From a virus (taxonomy: Duplodnaviria > Caudoviricetes): a DNA stretch of 64,000 nucleotides. The notes beneath the pieces are model-generated. The model did no database searches and was not told the DNA's origin. It saw only the letters and a list, made by a program, of their open reading frames with translations. Position numbers and translations under genes: made by a program. The stretch lies in the IMG/VR virus record IMGVR_UViG_3300042868_009047, one strand, 5' to 3'. Positions 50,160 through 59,222 of the stretch are shown here, one piece after another; the first letter of the stretch is position 1, and each line of letters starts with the position of its first letter.

Positions 50160-51173
50160 TTATAATCCGAATTTTGTTTTTTGTGCGTCAAAGTTTTGAA
50201 GGACTTCTGATGCAGAGAGGGCTCGGTTATAACTTCTAACAACACCTATTTTACCGTCAAAATGAAGTTGATTATAAGTATAAAAAACACCAATTCTTGT
50301 AACAGCATTTTCCACATACGATATTTCTCTTATTACACTATTTTCTTGCACCCCATTTACATATAAAACATTTAAATTATCGGAACTTCTATGAGTTGCA
50401 ACTATGTGATACCACACACCTACTAATGGTGTCCAAGATGTTGTTAAATATTGACCACTAATCATTGCAGCAATGTTTTGTATGGGACCTATTTGTAAAC
50501 TAAAACCCGTGCCCCAACTTGGCATATTTGAAATAATACCATGCCAATTAATCATAACATCCGTATTAACCCAAGCTTCTTGTGTGATATCGCTATTTAA
50601 TAAACCTATTTTATAACCAATATCTACATAATCATCAACACCATCAAACACAATGGAACCACCGTTGGAAGAATTGTATGTTGGGCTATTGGTTAGTATC
50701 CCGTCATTAGCACCAGCTAAATCATACCAAGTTGTCCCAGAACCAGGGTAAGAACCTTTTTGTGAAGCGTCCACATTCAAAACCAAACCATTGGTCACAA
50801 TGTTATCAAGCGTACCGCTAACCATATTAAAAACACTACTCGCAGCAACCCAAGCAAGAGCTGAGTCAATTGTTGTAAAAGGTGCTTGGTTATTCCTTGT
50901 TGGTAATCCATTTATCATCCTAAGCACATTAGCATCAGTCATATCACCGCTTGCCCAGCAAACTGGTTTAGCGTTAGCCAATGTTGTCATACCCAAACTA
51001 AATGTGTCAGAGTAAATTACATATTGATTGGTGGAGTCAGCTCCATTAAACCAAGTTAACCCACCTGGGTTACTTGAGTAACTATCAGACGCAAGACCTA
51101 TCTCTATCTTATTTTTCTTGATGGAGTTGTTGGTCTTGGTTGAGTTATTAAACGCTATTGGTCTTCTTGCCAT
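50160..51173 (-). CDS. LamG-domain virion-type protein (paralogue 2)
   Basis: N-terminal about 150 aa nearly identical to 51179-52222; divergent LamG C-terminus. Confidence 0.8.
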   Translation of the reverse strand: MARRPIAFNNSTKTNNSIKKNKIEIGLASDSYSSNPGGLTWFNGADSTNQYVIYSDTFSLGMTTLANAKPVCWASGDMTDANVLRMINGLPTRNNQAPFTTIDSALAWVAASSVFNMVSGTLDNIVTNGLVLNVDASQKGSYPGSGTTWYDLAGANDGILTNSPTYNSSNGGSIVFDGVDDYVDIGYKIGLLNSDITQEAWVNTDVMINWHGIISNMPSWGTGFSLQIGPIQNIAAMISGQYLTTSWTPLVGVWYHIVATHRSSDNLNVLYVNGVQENSVIREISYVENAVTRIGVFYTYNQLHFDGKIGVVRSYNRALSASEVLQNFDAQKTKFGL

Positions 51174-51178
51174 AATAT

Positions 51179-52222
51179 TTATAACCCGTATTTAGTTTTT
51201 GATGCGTTAAAGTTTTGTGTAATTTCAGAACCAGATAACGCTTTATTATAGAATCTAACGGCACCTATTTTACCGTTCCAGTAATAATCACCCCAAACAT
51301 ATGTATGACCACCAATCATAACATTATTAGACCTGTTTTGGTTTATCGTTGGGTTTACTGATGTTTTGGAGCCAGCTAATGTCCCGTTAATGTAGAAAGA
51401 ACTTACAGATCCATTCCATGTGTAAACAATATGATACCAAATATTAGCTGTTGGAAAAGCGTTTACACCAAAATCCATATCATTTGTATGACCACCAGCT
51501 GTGTTCCAGTAAACTAAGTTTAAGTTTGAATTATCTTGATAAAACGCCCACTCCCAACTTGGGTATTCTTTTCCTATAATACCGTAATTACCACCAGATA
51601 TTGTTGATGGTCTCATCCAAAAATCAACACTAACCGAATTAGTGTTATTCCAACTCAAATCATAACCACTATCAACATAATCATTAACACCATCAGAAGA
51701 CATAATACCACTGTCGCTGGCGCTATATACTGCACCATTAGTTAATGTTGATGTAACCCCACCAGCTAAATCATACCAACTTGACCCAGAACCTGGGTAT
51801 GAACCTTTTTGTGAACCATCTAAATTAAAAACCAAACCATCGGTAACAATGTTATCAAGCGTACCGCTAACCATATTATAAATCGAACTAGCTGTAATAA
51901 ACTCCAACGCTGAAGCGATGGTTGTAAAAGGTGCCTGATTGTATCTTGTGGGTAATCCGTTAATTGTTCTAAGAACATTTACATCCGTTAGGTCACCACT
52001 AGCCCAGCAAACTGGTTTGGCGTTTGCAAGAGTGGTCATACCAAGACTAAAGGTATCTGAATAAATAACATATTGCGATGTTGAGTCCGCACCATTAAAC
52101 CAAGTTAGCCCACCTGGACTACTTGCGTAGTTATCAGACGCAACACCAACTTCCACCTTATTTTTTTTAATGGAATTAGCGGTTTTTGTTGAATTATTGA
52201 ACGCAATTGGTCTTCTTGCCAT
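51179..52222 (-). CDS. LamG-domain virion-type protein (paralogue 1)
   Basis: MARRPIAFNNSTK..GGLTWFNGAD..; LDGSQKGSYPGSG..WYDL; WYHIVYTWNG..FYING; GKIGAVRFYNKAL; TATTTATA at 52233-52240. Confidence 0.8.
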   Translation of the reverse strand: MARRPIAFNNSTKTANSIKKNKVEVGVASDNYASSPGGLTWFNGADSTSQYVIYSDTFSLGMTTLANAKPVCWASGDLTDVNVLRTINGLPTRYNQAPFTTIASALEFITASSIYNMVSGTLDNIVTDGLVFNLDGSQKGSYPGSGSSWYDLAGGVTSTLTNGAVYSASDSGIMSSDGVNDYVDSGYDLSWNNTNSVSVDFWMRPSTISGGNYGIIGKEYPSWEWAFYQDNSNLNLVYWNTAGGHTNDMDFGVNAFPTANIWYHIVYTWNGSVSSFYINGTLAGSKTSVNPTINQNRSNNVMIGGHTYVWGDYYWNGKIGAVRFYNKALSGSEITQNFNASKTKYGL

Positions 52223-52276
52223 CTTTTTTTATTATAAATATTTACACTTTCCATAAACTTGCTATATTTATACCAG

Positions 52277-52353
52277 ATGCATCGAAAAAAACAAAATAAA
52301 AATAATATAATCATGTGAATGAAAGCCTCTTCCTTTTGAAGAGGTTTTTTTTT
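52277..52353 (+). promoter_or_regulatory. Leader: short ORF MHRKKQNKNNIIM (52277-52318) followed by a terminator hairpin
   Basis: TATTTATA at 52265-52272; CCTCTTC/GAAGAGG stem (52326-52344) plus T9, upstream of ATG 52378. Confidence 0.5.
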
Positions 52354-52377
52354 GCCCTAAAAAAAACAAAAAAAGAA

Positions 52378-53196
52378 ATGAAAAACACAGAAACTTACCA
52401 CGAGCTGGTACAAAAAATGAGAAGCTTCTTCGTCCAAAGAGGATTTAAAGAAGTACCAACACAATCAAGATTATCAATCCTTGCTGCATGTGAGAACCCA
52501 CACTCAGTTAAAACATTTGAGTACAGCGGAGAGATCTGGCCATTGCCTCAAACGGGACAAATGTGGCTTGAACATGAATTATTAATGAACCCTGAATGGG
52601 AAGGTGTGTTCTGCATCTCAACATCGTACAGAGAAGAGAAGAATCCGATCCCAGGTAGACACGAATTAATATTTCCGATGTTTGAATTTGAATCAAAAGG
52701 AACAATGGAAGACCTGATCAAATTGGAAGGTGACCTTTTGGCACATCTTGGATTTGCCGATTCAATGCATGAGGTGCAATACGAAGATGTATGTGAAGAA
52801 TACGGTGGGGTTCCAATCTTGGAAGACGAACACGAATCAAGAATGTGGAAGGAAAAAGGAAACATCATTTCGCTTCAACATTTCCCAGTTAGAACAAATC
52901 CATTCTGGAATATGAAACATGATGAAGATGGAATCTTTAATAAGGTGGATGTTATTATGTATGGACAAGAGACAATCGGATCCGCAGAGAGAAGTTGTGA
53001 CGTGGACAAAATGAAACAAATGTTCTACACAATTGAAAATGGTGGTTACGCCAACAAATTGTTTGAACTATTCGGCAAAGACCGTGTGGAAGCTGAACTT
53101 GAAAAGTTTTTGGAATTTAATTTCTTCCCAAGATTTGGCGGGGGAATCGGAATGACCAGATTGGCAAGAGCTTATGAGTTAATGAAGGGGGAGTAA
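52378..53196 (+). CDS. Class II aaRS catalytic-domain-only paralogue (Asn/Asp-RS-like; candidate asparagine synthetase of the AS-AR type)
   Basis: MRSFFVQRGFKEVPT (motif 1), LPQTGQMWLE, STSYREE..RH..FPMFEFE (motif 2), ETIGSAER, RFGGGIGMTRL (motif 3). No anticodon-binding OB domain. Start moved to MKNTETY. Confidence 0.75.
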   Translation: MKNTETYHELVQKMRSFFVQRGFKEVPTQSRLSILAACENPHSVKTFEYSGEIWPLPQTGQMWLEHELLMNPEWEGVFCISTSYREEKNPIPGRHELIFPMFEFESKGTMEDLIKLEGDLLAHLGFADSMHEVQYEDVCEEYGGVPILEDEHESRMWKEKGNIISLQHFPVRTNPFWNMKHDEDGIFNKVDVIMYGQETIGSAERSCDVDKMKQMFYTIENGGYANKLFELFGKDRVEAELEKFLEFNFFPRFGGGIGMTRLARAYELMKGE

Positions 53197-53211
53197 TCTC
53201 CCTTTTTTTTT
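53185..53211 (+). terminator. Intrinsic terminator
   Basis: GGGAG-TAAT-CTCCC plus T9. Confidence 0.7.
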
Positions 53212-53232
53212 GACTATTTATAGAAAAAAATT

Positions 53233-53502
53233 ATGTCGGAAAATCAAGGCAACATCACGGACACATTCTTTAGCAAACTAAAGGAACAATCATTTACGAT
53301 CATATTATTGGTCGGTATATTATGGTACCAGAATAATACATACAAGTCAAATCTTGCGGATTATAAAGATCAACTTGATAAAAGGGATGAACAGATTATG
53401 AAACTGGTTGATGATGAAAGACAAAGGATTATTGAAAGAAATGAATCTTTGATGAGTCAAAGGGATAAATATGTAGATGAATTGCTTAGTAAAGAGAAAT
53501 AA
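53233..53502 (+). CDS. Small TM plus coiled-coil protein
   Basis: FTIILLVGILWY then heptad-like tail; TATTTATA at 53215-53222. Confidence 0.6.
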   Translation: MSENQGNITDTFFSKLKEQSFTIILLVGILWYQNNTYKSNLADYKDQLDKRDEQIMKLVDDERQRIIERNESLMSQRDKYVDELLSKEK

Positions 53503-53553
53503 CAGGCTCTTTACCTATTTTAAATATATTTATCTTTAGATTATAAAAATTTT

Positions 53554-54192
53554 ATGTACATTAATACACCTTACAAAATTGTCTATGATACTGAAAAGTA
53601 TCCGTTTAAAGAAGTTCTAAAAGAAATCTTTGGGGTTAATAGTTTGGAAAAAATCCACCAACTTGAAAACTACGATTTATTATCAAGAGATAAGGATCAA
53701 TCAACCGCATGGCACAAAGCCTACTATAATAACTTTGAGGAGAAACTCCAACCATTGTATGTTGAATTTGTTAAGCACCTTGCTGAAAAATTTGGTTACG
53801 ATTCAATTATCTACCAAAAAATCCCTACATTCCGTGCACACTTGGTTAATAATCTTGGTGTTGGTGAATGGCATAAGGATAAAACCTATAACCACGGTGT
53901 TGACGAACTTAACTTTTGGTTACCCTTTACAGATACTTATGACACAAATACAATTTGGTGTGAAAGTATTGAGGATCTTGGGGATTACAGATCATATGAA
54001 GTTAAGTACGGTGAGATATTAGTTTTTAGCGGTGCTAACTTAATGCATGGTAATAAAATTAATACAACCGAAGATACACGTGTTTCTGTTGATTTCCGTT
54101 TGGTTGATCCAGCTAAATTTATTAATAACGAAAAACAATCAATAAACGGAATCACCAATTTCACAATAGGTGGTTATTTCGAACAAATCTAA
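53554..54192 (+). CDS. StrG/PhyH-like Fe(II)-dependent dioxygenase
   Basis: YQKIPTFRAHL, WHKD (HxD), NFWLPFTD, LMHGNKIN, TRVSVDFR. Confidence 0.7.
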   Translation: MYINTPYKIVYDTEKYPFKEVLKEIFGVNSLEKIHQLENYDLLSRDKDQSTAWHKAYYNNFEEKLQPLYVEFVKHLAEKFGYDSIIYQKIPTFRAHLVNNLGVGEWHKDKTYNHGVDELNFWLPFTDTYDTNTIWCESIEDLGDYRSYEVKYGEILVFSGANLMHGNKINTTEDTRVSVDFRLVDPAKFINNEKQSINGITNFTIGGYFEQI

Positions 54193-54194
54193 AT

Positions 54195-55037
54195 TTATTT
54201 GATTCCCATTCTCTCTTTTAATTGAGGGAGAAATCTTTGAATCTCAAAATTATCTTCATCATTATACTTGTTTTTGTAAGCGGCCTCATCTGGGTATGTT
54301 CTGCCCCATAATTTATATATGGCTATCTTTTCTTCTGTATAAGCTAAATCTCTGAATGTGTAATGGTTAATAACCATGTTATTCAACACCTGTAATTTTG
54401 TGGAGTATTTATCTGGTGTAATATTATACGGGTTACCCAATGAATCGGTGTGTAAATAATTTGATTTAATTGTACCCCAGTGCACAGATGGCAAGTGAAC
54501 AAACGCTTCCTTCCTCATAAAACATTTTGTATGTCTTTGTTCATCCCATTGGGTTCCGTTATCTTTAAAACTTGATTTTGTTAATTTATCAACGATTAAC
54601 TCCCCCTCACCAAGGGTGTAGTTTGAATTCCCCATTAATCTCCAGTTAACCCCGACTTGACCAATGTTTGATGCATATTTGCTCAACACATCTTTTAAAT
54701 TGTTATCAGTTGGTGGGTATAAAAACTCATCAGCATTTAAATGGATGATCCAATCAGCATCAGCTCCTTTAATATGATTATTGGCAATAACCATTGAATG
54801 TGTTACCAAAGAAACCTCATTATCATATGAGTTTTCACCGTTATTGGTTTCGATTAATAGGTCTGTGATTTTTACAATACCCTTATCAACATAAGGTTGT
54901 AAAACTTCAAGGTAATTATCTTTGCTAAGGTGATTAGTTAAATAAAATTTATCAACCCCAACAAGTAGATGGAATTCAATCCACTCTTTTAGGTATCTTG
55001 CTTCATCTCTAAATTGTGATATAATAGCTACTTTCAT
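54195..55037 (-). CDS. GT-A fold glycosyltransferase (GT92/GT2-like)
   Basis: FRDEARYLKEWIEFH..GVDKFYL, WIIHLNADEFL, HTKCF, INHYTFRD. Confidence 0.8.
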   Translation of the reverse strand: MKVAIISQFRDEARYLKEWIEFHLLVGVDKFYLTNHLSKDNYLEVLQPYVDKGIVKITDLLIETNNGENSYDNEVSLVTHSMVIANNHIKGADADWIIHLNADEFLYPPTDNNLKDVLSKYASNIGQVGVNWRLMGNSNYTLGEGELIVDKLTKSSFKDNGTQWDEQRHTKCFMRKEAFVHLPSVHWGTIKSNYLHTDSLGNPYNITPDKYSTKLQVLNNMVINHYTFRDLAYTEEKIAIYKLWGRTYPDEAAYKNKYNDEDNFEIQRFLPQLKERMGIK

Positions 55038-55073
55038 TTAATAAAAATAAACTTATTTTGGTAAAAAGAAATA

Positions 55074-56111
55074 TTAACCAACAAAATTTGTATTATAACC
55101 CATCTCACCGTTGTTGCTTTCGTTTTCAATCTTTTGAGCACTGGTCTTAATTTTAATATATTCTTTTAAATTATTAACTTTATACTTCCTGAGATCATAA
55201 CCCAACATCTCCATTACAAATTTATATTTAGGCTCCGCTTTTGTTCGCATATTATGAAGTTCAGATGACATAACACTATAATATTCGTAATCATATGCAG
55301 CATTTGGCATCAAATAATTATAAAGTTCTTTTTTATAACCAGCTTCCAAATACTCCAATTCACTCTCATCAAATTTAAAAAAATCTAATATTTTTTTTCT
55401 ATTACTTTCATCATTATGCATTAATAAATATAAAAGTCTATCAACACCATATAACTTATTATCTTTAGGTACATATCTTTCTTCTTCATTCCATGATAAT
55501 ACTTTATAAGGATCCACAGCTTTATCTTTAATTTGATTAAAAAAATACCTACGTTCAGTATAAAAATAAATTGGAATGTTATTCTTCTTTACGTAACTCA
55601 TTAATTCGTCTAATTCATCTTTGTACATTTTACCACCACTTTCAATGGAAACATGTATTTCAATAATGTAATCGCTGGCGTTAGGTATTGTGGGTTTATC
55701 TAAGACAATCCTGTCTTCCAATTCCTTACTCTTTAAAGCGTTAATATAATCAGCCTTATCACTCCAATCGGATTCTTTAGAGGAGTATTGCCAATAATCA
55801 ACAGGGAAACCTTTATATCTTTGATTTAATTTTTTACCATCCAATACAATCTTAACTGGGCTTCTGCCATATCCAGCACCTTTACCCTCACCACCTCTAC
55901 TTCTGGTAGCTGAAAAAAAGAAAAACTTGCCACGACTTGTATTTAAATCAGAAGGGGAACCGATATTTGTTGAAGCGTGAAATTCATTCTGTTTTAATAT
56001 ATTAACTAAATTACGAATATACGTAAAATGATATAGGATATCGCTTAAACCTTCATTAAGACCCATCATCTTGCGCATCTTGGCGATTTCGTTTAATATA
56101 TTTTTTTCCAC
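55074..56111 (-). CDS. Tagged protein with putative ADP-ribosyltransferase-like domain
   Basis: MEKNILNEIAKMRKMMGLNE; LYHFT..IL, FFSATRS, ELEDRI spaced like ART-fold catalytic strands. Confidence 0.5.
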   Translation of the reverse strand: MEKNILNEIAKMRKMMGLNEGLSDILYHFTYIRNLVNILKQNEFHASTNIGSPSDLNTSRGKFFFFSATRSRGGEGKGAGYGRSPVKIVLDGKKLNQRYKGFPVDYWQYSSKESDWSDKADYINALKSKELEDRIVLDKPTIPNASDYIIEIHVSIESGGKMYKDELDELMSYVKKNNIPIYFYTERRYFFNQIKDKAVDPYKVLSWNEEERYVPKDNKLYGVDRLLYLLMHNDESNRKKILDFFKFDESELEYLEAGYKKELYNYLMPNAAYDYEYYSVMSSELHNMRTKAEPKYKFVMEMLGYDLRKYKVNNLKEYIKIKTSAQKIENESNNGEMGYNTNFVG

Positions 56112-56118
56112 AATAAAA

Positions 56119-56607
56119 TTAATCTTCTTTAGGTCTATTTAAAAAATTTTTTAATCTATCATTACTATAGGTTAAACCAAGTTCCTTAGTTAGTTTTTCA
56201 AGGGCTGTAACCACTTGAGTCTTATACGGATCCATATGAGCTCTAACAAAAGAACCAGAACCACGATTAAACATAAAACCGTGTAATCGCTGGTCTATTT
56301 GACTAATAGCATATTTTTTCTTTTCTTCTGGTTCTGTTGGCATTCGGTCAACATACTGTTGATTCGATTCAACAAAATCAGTTACCAGTTTATTAAAAGC
56401 TTCCACAAATTCTCTTGCTTTTGTTGGACTTTCTTGCCAAACATCGTTAACGCTAACGCCTTTAACGGACAAACTTTTAATTATTGGTTCCATAGCTCTA
56501 AAACCGTCATCAATTATTTTAACAGAATCAACAAACTCATTTAAATTTTCATTAAGACCCATCATCTTGCGCATCTTGGCGATTTCATTCAACATATTCT
56601 TTTCCAT
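56119..56607 (-). CDS. Tagged hypothetical protein
   Basis: MEKNMLNEIAKMRKMMGLNE; TATTTAT at 56625-56631. Confidence 0.65.
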   Translation of the reverse strand: MEKNMLNEIAKMRKMMGLNENLNEFVDSVKIIDDGFRAMEPIIKSLSVKGVSVNDVWQESPTKAREFVEAFNKLVTDFVESNQQYVDRMPTEPEEKKKYAISQIDQRLHGFMFNRGSGSFVRAHMDPYKTQVVTALEKLTKELGLTYSNDRLKNFLNRPKED

Positions 56608-56763
56608 AATAATCGATTATAAACATAAATACTTGAAACTTTTTTAAAATTTCCTATATTTATTGAAGACCTTGTGATTGGGTTCCATGCGTACTGGATG
56701 CGTTTGAGTTGGAATTGATGCCAACGATATGGACACCAAATACAAAAAAAAATATAAGGAAAA

Positions 56764-57609
56764 ATGTTATACACGTACATTCATACTGTACCTGCGCCAA
56801 GTGCGTTCATCACAGTAAACAAACAAAGACTCCGTCAAGACGGAAAGTCGGTCTACATGAAAGACCAAACCGAGTTCGAGATCGAACTCTACAATCCCAC
56901 AAAAGAAAAAATAATGGCAATGATCGAAATGAATGGTTCACCCATTTCAGATTCGGGCATCATCTTGAAACCAGGCCAAAGGGTATTCCTTGAAAGGTTT
57001 CTGGACAATGAGAAAAAGTTCCTTTACGAAACTTATGTTGTGAACAATAATAATCAAACCAAGGAAGCTATCCAGAACAACGGAAAGGTAACGGTTAAAT
57101 TCCACAAGGAATCAAAAGCGAGACCAAGAAGCATAATCTACGGATCTGTATTTAATAGCTTTGGAAATGGTTTTGGTTCCAATGATACAACCGTTTACAC
57201 TTACACAACAAATTACGAACCCAAAATTACAACCAATTTTTGTAATGATGTGATAGGAACCATAACCCCATCATCCAACAATATCAGCGCTGCCATCAAC
57301 AGCAGCAGAAAGGTGGAGACGGGTTCAGTTGAGCAAGGTGCAAATAGTAATCAGGAATTAAAATCAAGTTATGGAAACTTTGAATGGTTTTACACATGGA
57401 GTAATGAATGGCAGATCATGCCAAACAGCCAACAACCAGTTCAAGCAAAGGATTTGGTTGATAGATGCACAAAATGCAACACCAAATTAAAATCAAACCA
57501 TAAGTTCTGTCCAGAATGCGGTGAAAAGAACATGGGTAAACAAGATCCAGACGAATTCTTGCAATCATTGACAAAGGAACAGTTGATTGAACTATTAAGA
57601 ACAAAATAA
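56764..57609 (+). CDS. Protein with beta-sandwich N-terminal domain and C-terminal zinc ribbon
   Basis: FEIELYNP..NGSPIS..LKPGQRVFLERFLD..KF.YETY; CTKC..CPECG. Confidence 0.7.
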   Translation: MLYTYIHTVPAPSAFITVNKQRLRQDGKSVYMKDQTEFEIELYNPTKEKIMAMIEMNGSPISDSGIILKPGQRVFLERFLDNEKKFLYETYVVNNNNQTKEAIQNNGKVTVKFHKESKARPRSIIYGSVFNSFGNGFGSNDTTVYTYTTNYEPKITTNFCNDVIGTITPSSNNISAAINSSRKVETGSVEQGANSNQELKSSYGNFEWFYTWSNEWQIMPNSQQPVQAKDLVDRCTKCNTKLKSNHKFCPECGEKNMGKQDPDEFLQSLTKEQLIELLRTK

Positions 57610-57630
57610 AATAAGCTTCACAAGGTCATA

Positions 57631-57655
57631 AATCCCGCCAAAAGCGGGATTTTTT
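57631..57655 (+). terminator. Intrinsic terminator
   Basis: AATCCCGC/GCGGGATT plus T-tract. Confidence 0.8.
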
Positions 57656-57694
57656 GTTGTTTTTGGTGATATATATAGGAAAAAGCCCTATATT

Positions 57695-57892
57695 ATGACA
57701 AATGAAGAGATTACAGAGGAAATCTACCACGAAGCCCACGCCAATGGCTTTATTGAAGAATTAAGACAAAAAATTGATGAGTTTAAGGTTTGCATCCATA
57801 ATCACAAACTTCCGCACCATGAAATGGTCCATAAAGCATATTATATGGTAAAACCAGAGGAAACAAACCAAGATTTAGAAGTATTTATATAG
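57695..57892 (+). CDS. Small hypothetical protein
   Basis: ORF track. Confidence 0.55.
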   Translation: MTNEEITEEIYHEAHANGFIEELRQKIDEFKVCIHNHKLPHHEMVHKAYYMVKPEETNQDLEVFI

Positions 57893-57894
57893 AT

Positions 57895-58746
57895 ATGAGC
57901 GTTTTCGATCAATTAAAGGCCAGACATCCAGAAGTAAGGTTCGAACTTTACCCAACGGTTAAGAGTGACACCAAGCGTGTATACCTTACAGGATTCATGG
58001 TACCTTATAGTATGAGAGGAAAGGGACTTGGAACAAAGTTGATGGAAGACCTTATTGAGGTTGCCGATGAAAACGGATTTAAGATAACGCTTACACCATC
58101 AAGCAGTTACGGTGGCAACGTTACCAGGTTGAAAGCTTTTTACAAAGGATTTGGTTTTGTTGAGAACAAGGGAAAAAACGCAGATTTCTCACACAAAGAG
58201 GGTATGTACAGAGATCCAAAAGGGTTGAACGAACATTTAAGAAGATTAAAGCAGGTAATGGGTATTGTTACAGAAACAAGACAAGGAATGCTTAATTGGT
58301 TAAAAGACAAACTACCAAACACTCCTGAATATGTAATAAGGGATTGGGTTTATAAAATGGTTACACAATCAGATGATATAAGCACAAATGAGGGTATTAC
58401 AGAATGGATTGATGAGTGGGTTAAAAATATGAAATGGGAAACTAAGACAAATTTTCCTATAACAATGGATATTTTTACTGATAATACAAAAAAACAGTTG
58501 GAAAGTAGAATTGGGGGTGAAGTAAGACAAGATGTTGACAAAGATACTGAAAGACACGGAACACAAAAAGAATTATTACAGAGTAAGGGGGTTTCCAAAG
58601 AACCAATTATTCTGTTTAAAACCAAAGATGGTAAATATGAATTAGGTGAAGGTTGGCATAGAACCACACAGACATTTATACAATTCCCCGATGGATTTAT
58701 ACAACCTAATGTGTATATCGGACTAAATGCCAAATGGCTAGATTAA
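57895..58746 (+). CDS. GNAT acetyltransferase fused through an internal tag to a ParB/Srx-like domain
   Basis: FMVPYSMRGKGLGTKLM..RLKAFYKGFGF (GNAT); LNEHLRRLKQVMG linker; PIILFK..YELGEGWHR (ParB-like). Confidence 0.65.
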   Translation: MSVFDQLKARHPEVRFELYPTVKSDTKRVYLTGFMVPYSMRGKGLGTKLMEDLIEVADENGFKITLTPSSSYGGNVTRLKAFYKGFGFVENKGKNADFSHKEGMYRDPKGLNEHLRRLKQVMGIVTETRQGMLNWLKDKLPNTPEYVIRDWVYKMVTQSDDISTNEGITEWIDEWVKNMKWETKTNFPITMDIFTDNTKKQLESRIGGEVRQDVDKDTERHGTQKELLQSKGVSKEPIILFKTKDGKYELGEGWHRTTQTFIQFPDGFIQPNVYIGLNAKWLD

Positions 58747-58765
58747 TTATTAACTTATAAATAAC

Positions 58766-59221
58766 ATGGGAACCGAATTAAAAAAGAAAAAACAGCTGAT
58801 AGAAAGATTAAACAGAAGATTGCTTTCTGAATCTGAAATGGAATGCCCGAGAGCGGCCAAGGATATTGAGTTGAACACCAGAAACAGGGACAAGGCAATA
58901 AAAGCTGACTATATTCAATATGGTCCTCTTAATGTTGACGAACCAGCGGGTTACTGGGATGAGTTGGCCAATCACTGGAATACATCAGTTGAGGCGGCAA
59001 AAAAATCATTGTGCGGAAATTGTGTCGCATTTGATGTCTCACCAAGAATGGAAGAATGCATGCCAGGTGAAATTAGTGATGAGGATGGAAAATTGGGTTA
59101 CTGCTGGATGCACCATTTTAAATGTCACTCAGCAAGAACATGCAGAACATGGGCAAAGGGTGGTCCGATAACTGATAATAAAATATCAAACGACTGGCAA
59201 GAAAGAAACCAAAACGATTAA
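58766..59221 (+). CDS. Cys-rich conserved hypothetical protein
   Basis: CP..NTRNR..YGPLN..CGNC..GYCWMHHFKCHSARTC..W..GG. Confidence 0.6.
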   Translation: MGTELKKKKQLIERLNRRLLSESEMECPRAAKDIELNTRNRDKAIKADYIQYGPLNVDEPAGYWDELANHWNTSVEAAKKSLCGNCVAFDVSPRMEECMPGEISDEDGKLGYCWMHHFKCHSARTCRTWAKGGPITDNKISNDWQERNQND

Positions 59222-59222
59222 C

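Noticed and set aside
56657-57655. Retron, DGR or insertion-sequence interpretation of the flanking inverted 10-mers
   Set aside because: No reverse transcriptase, transposase or template/variable repeat pair in the window, and no target-site duplication seen. Kept only as an RNA-pairing finding.
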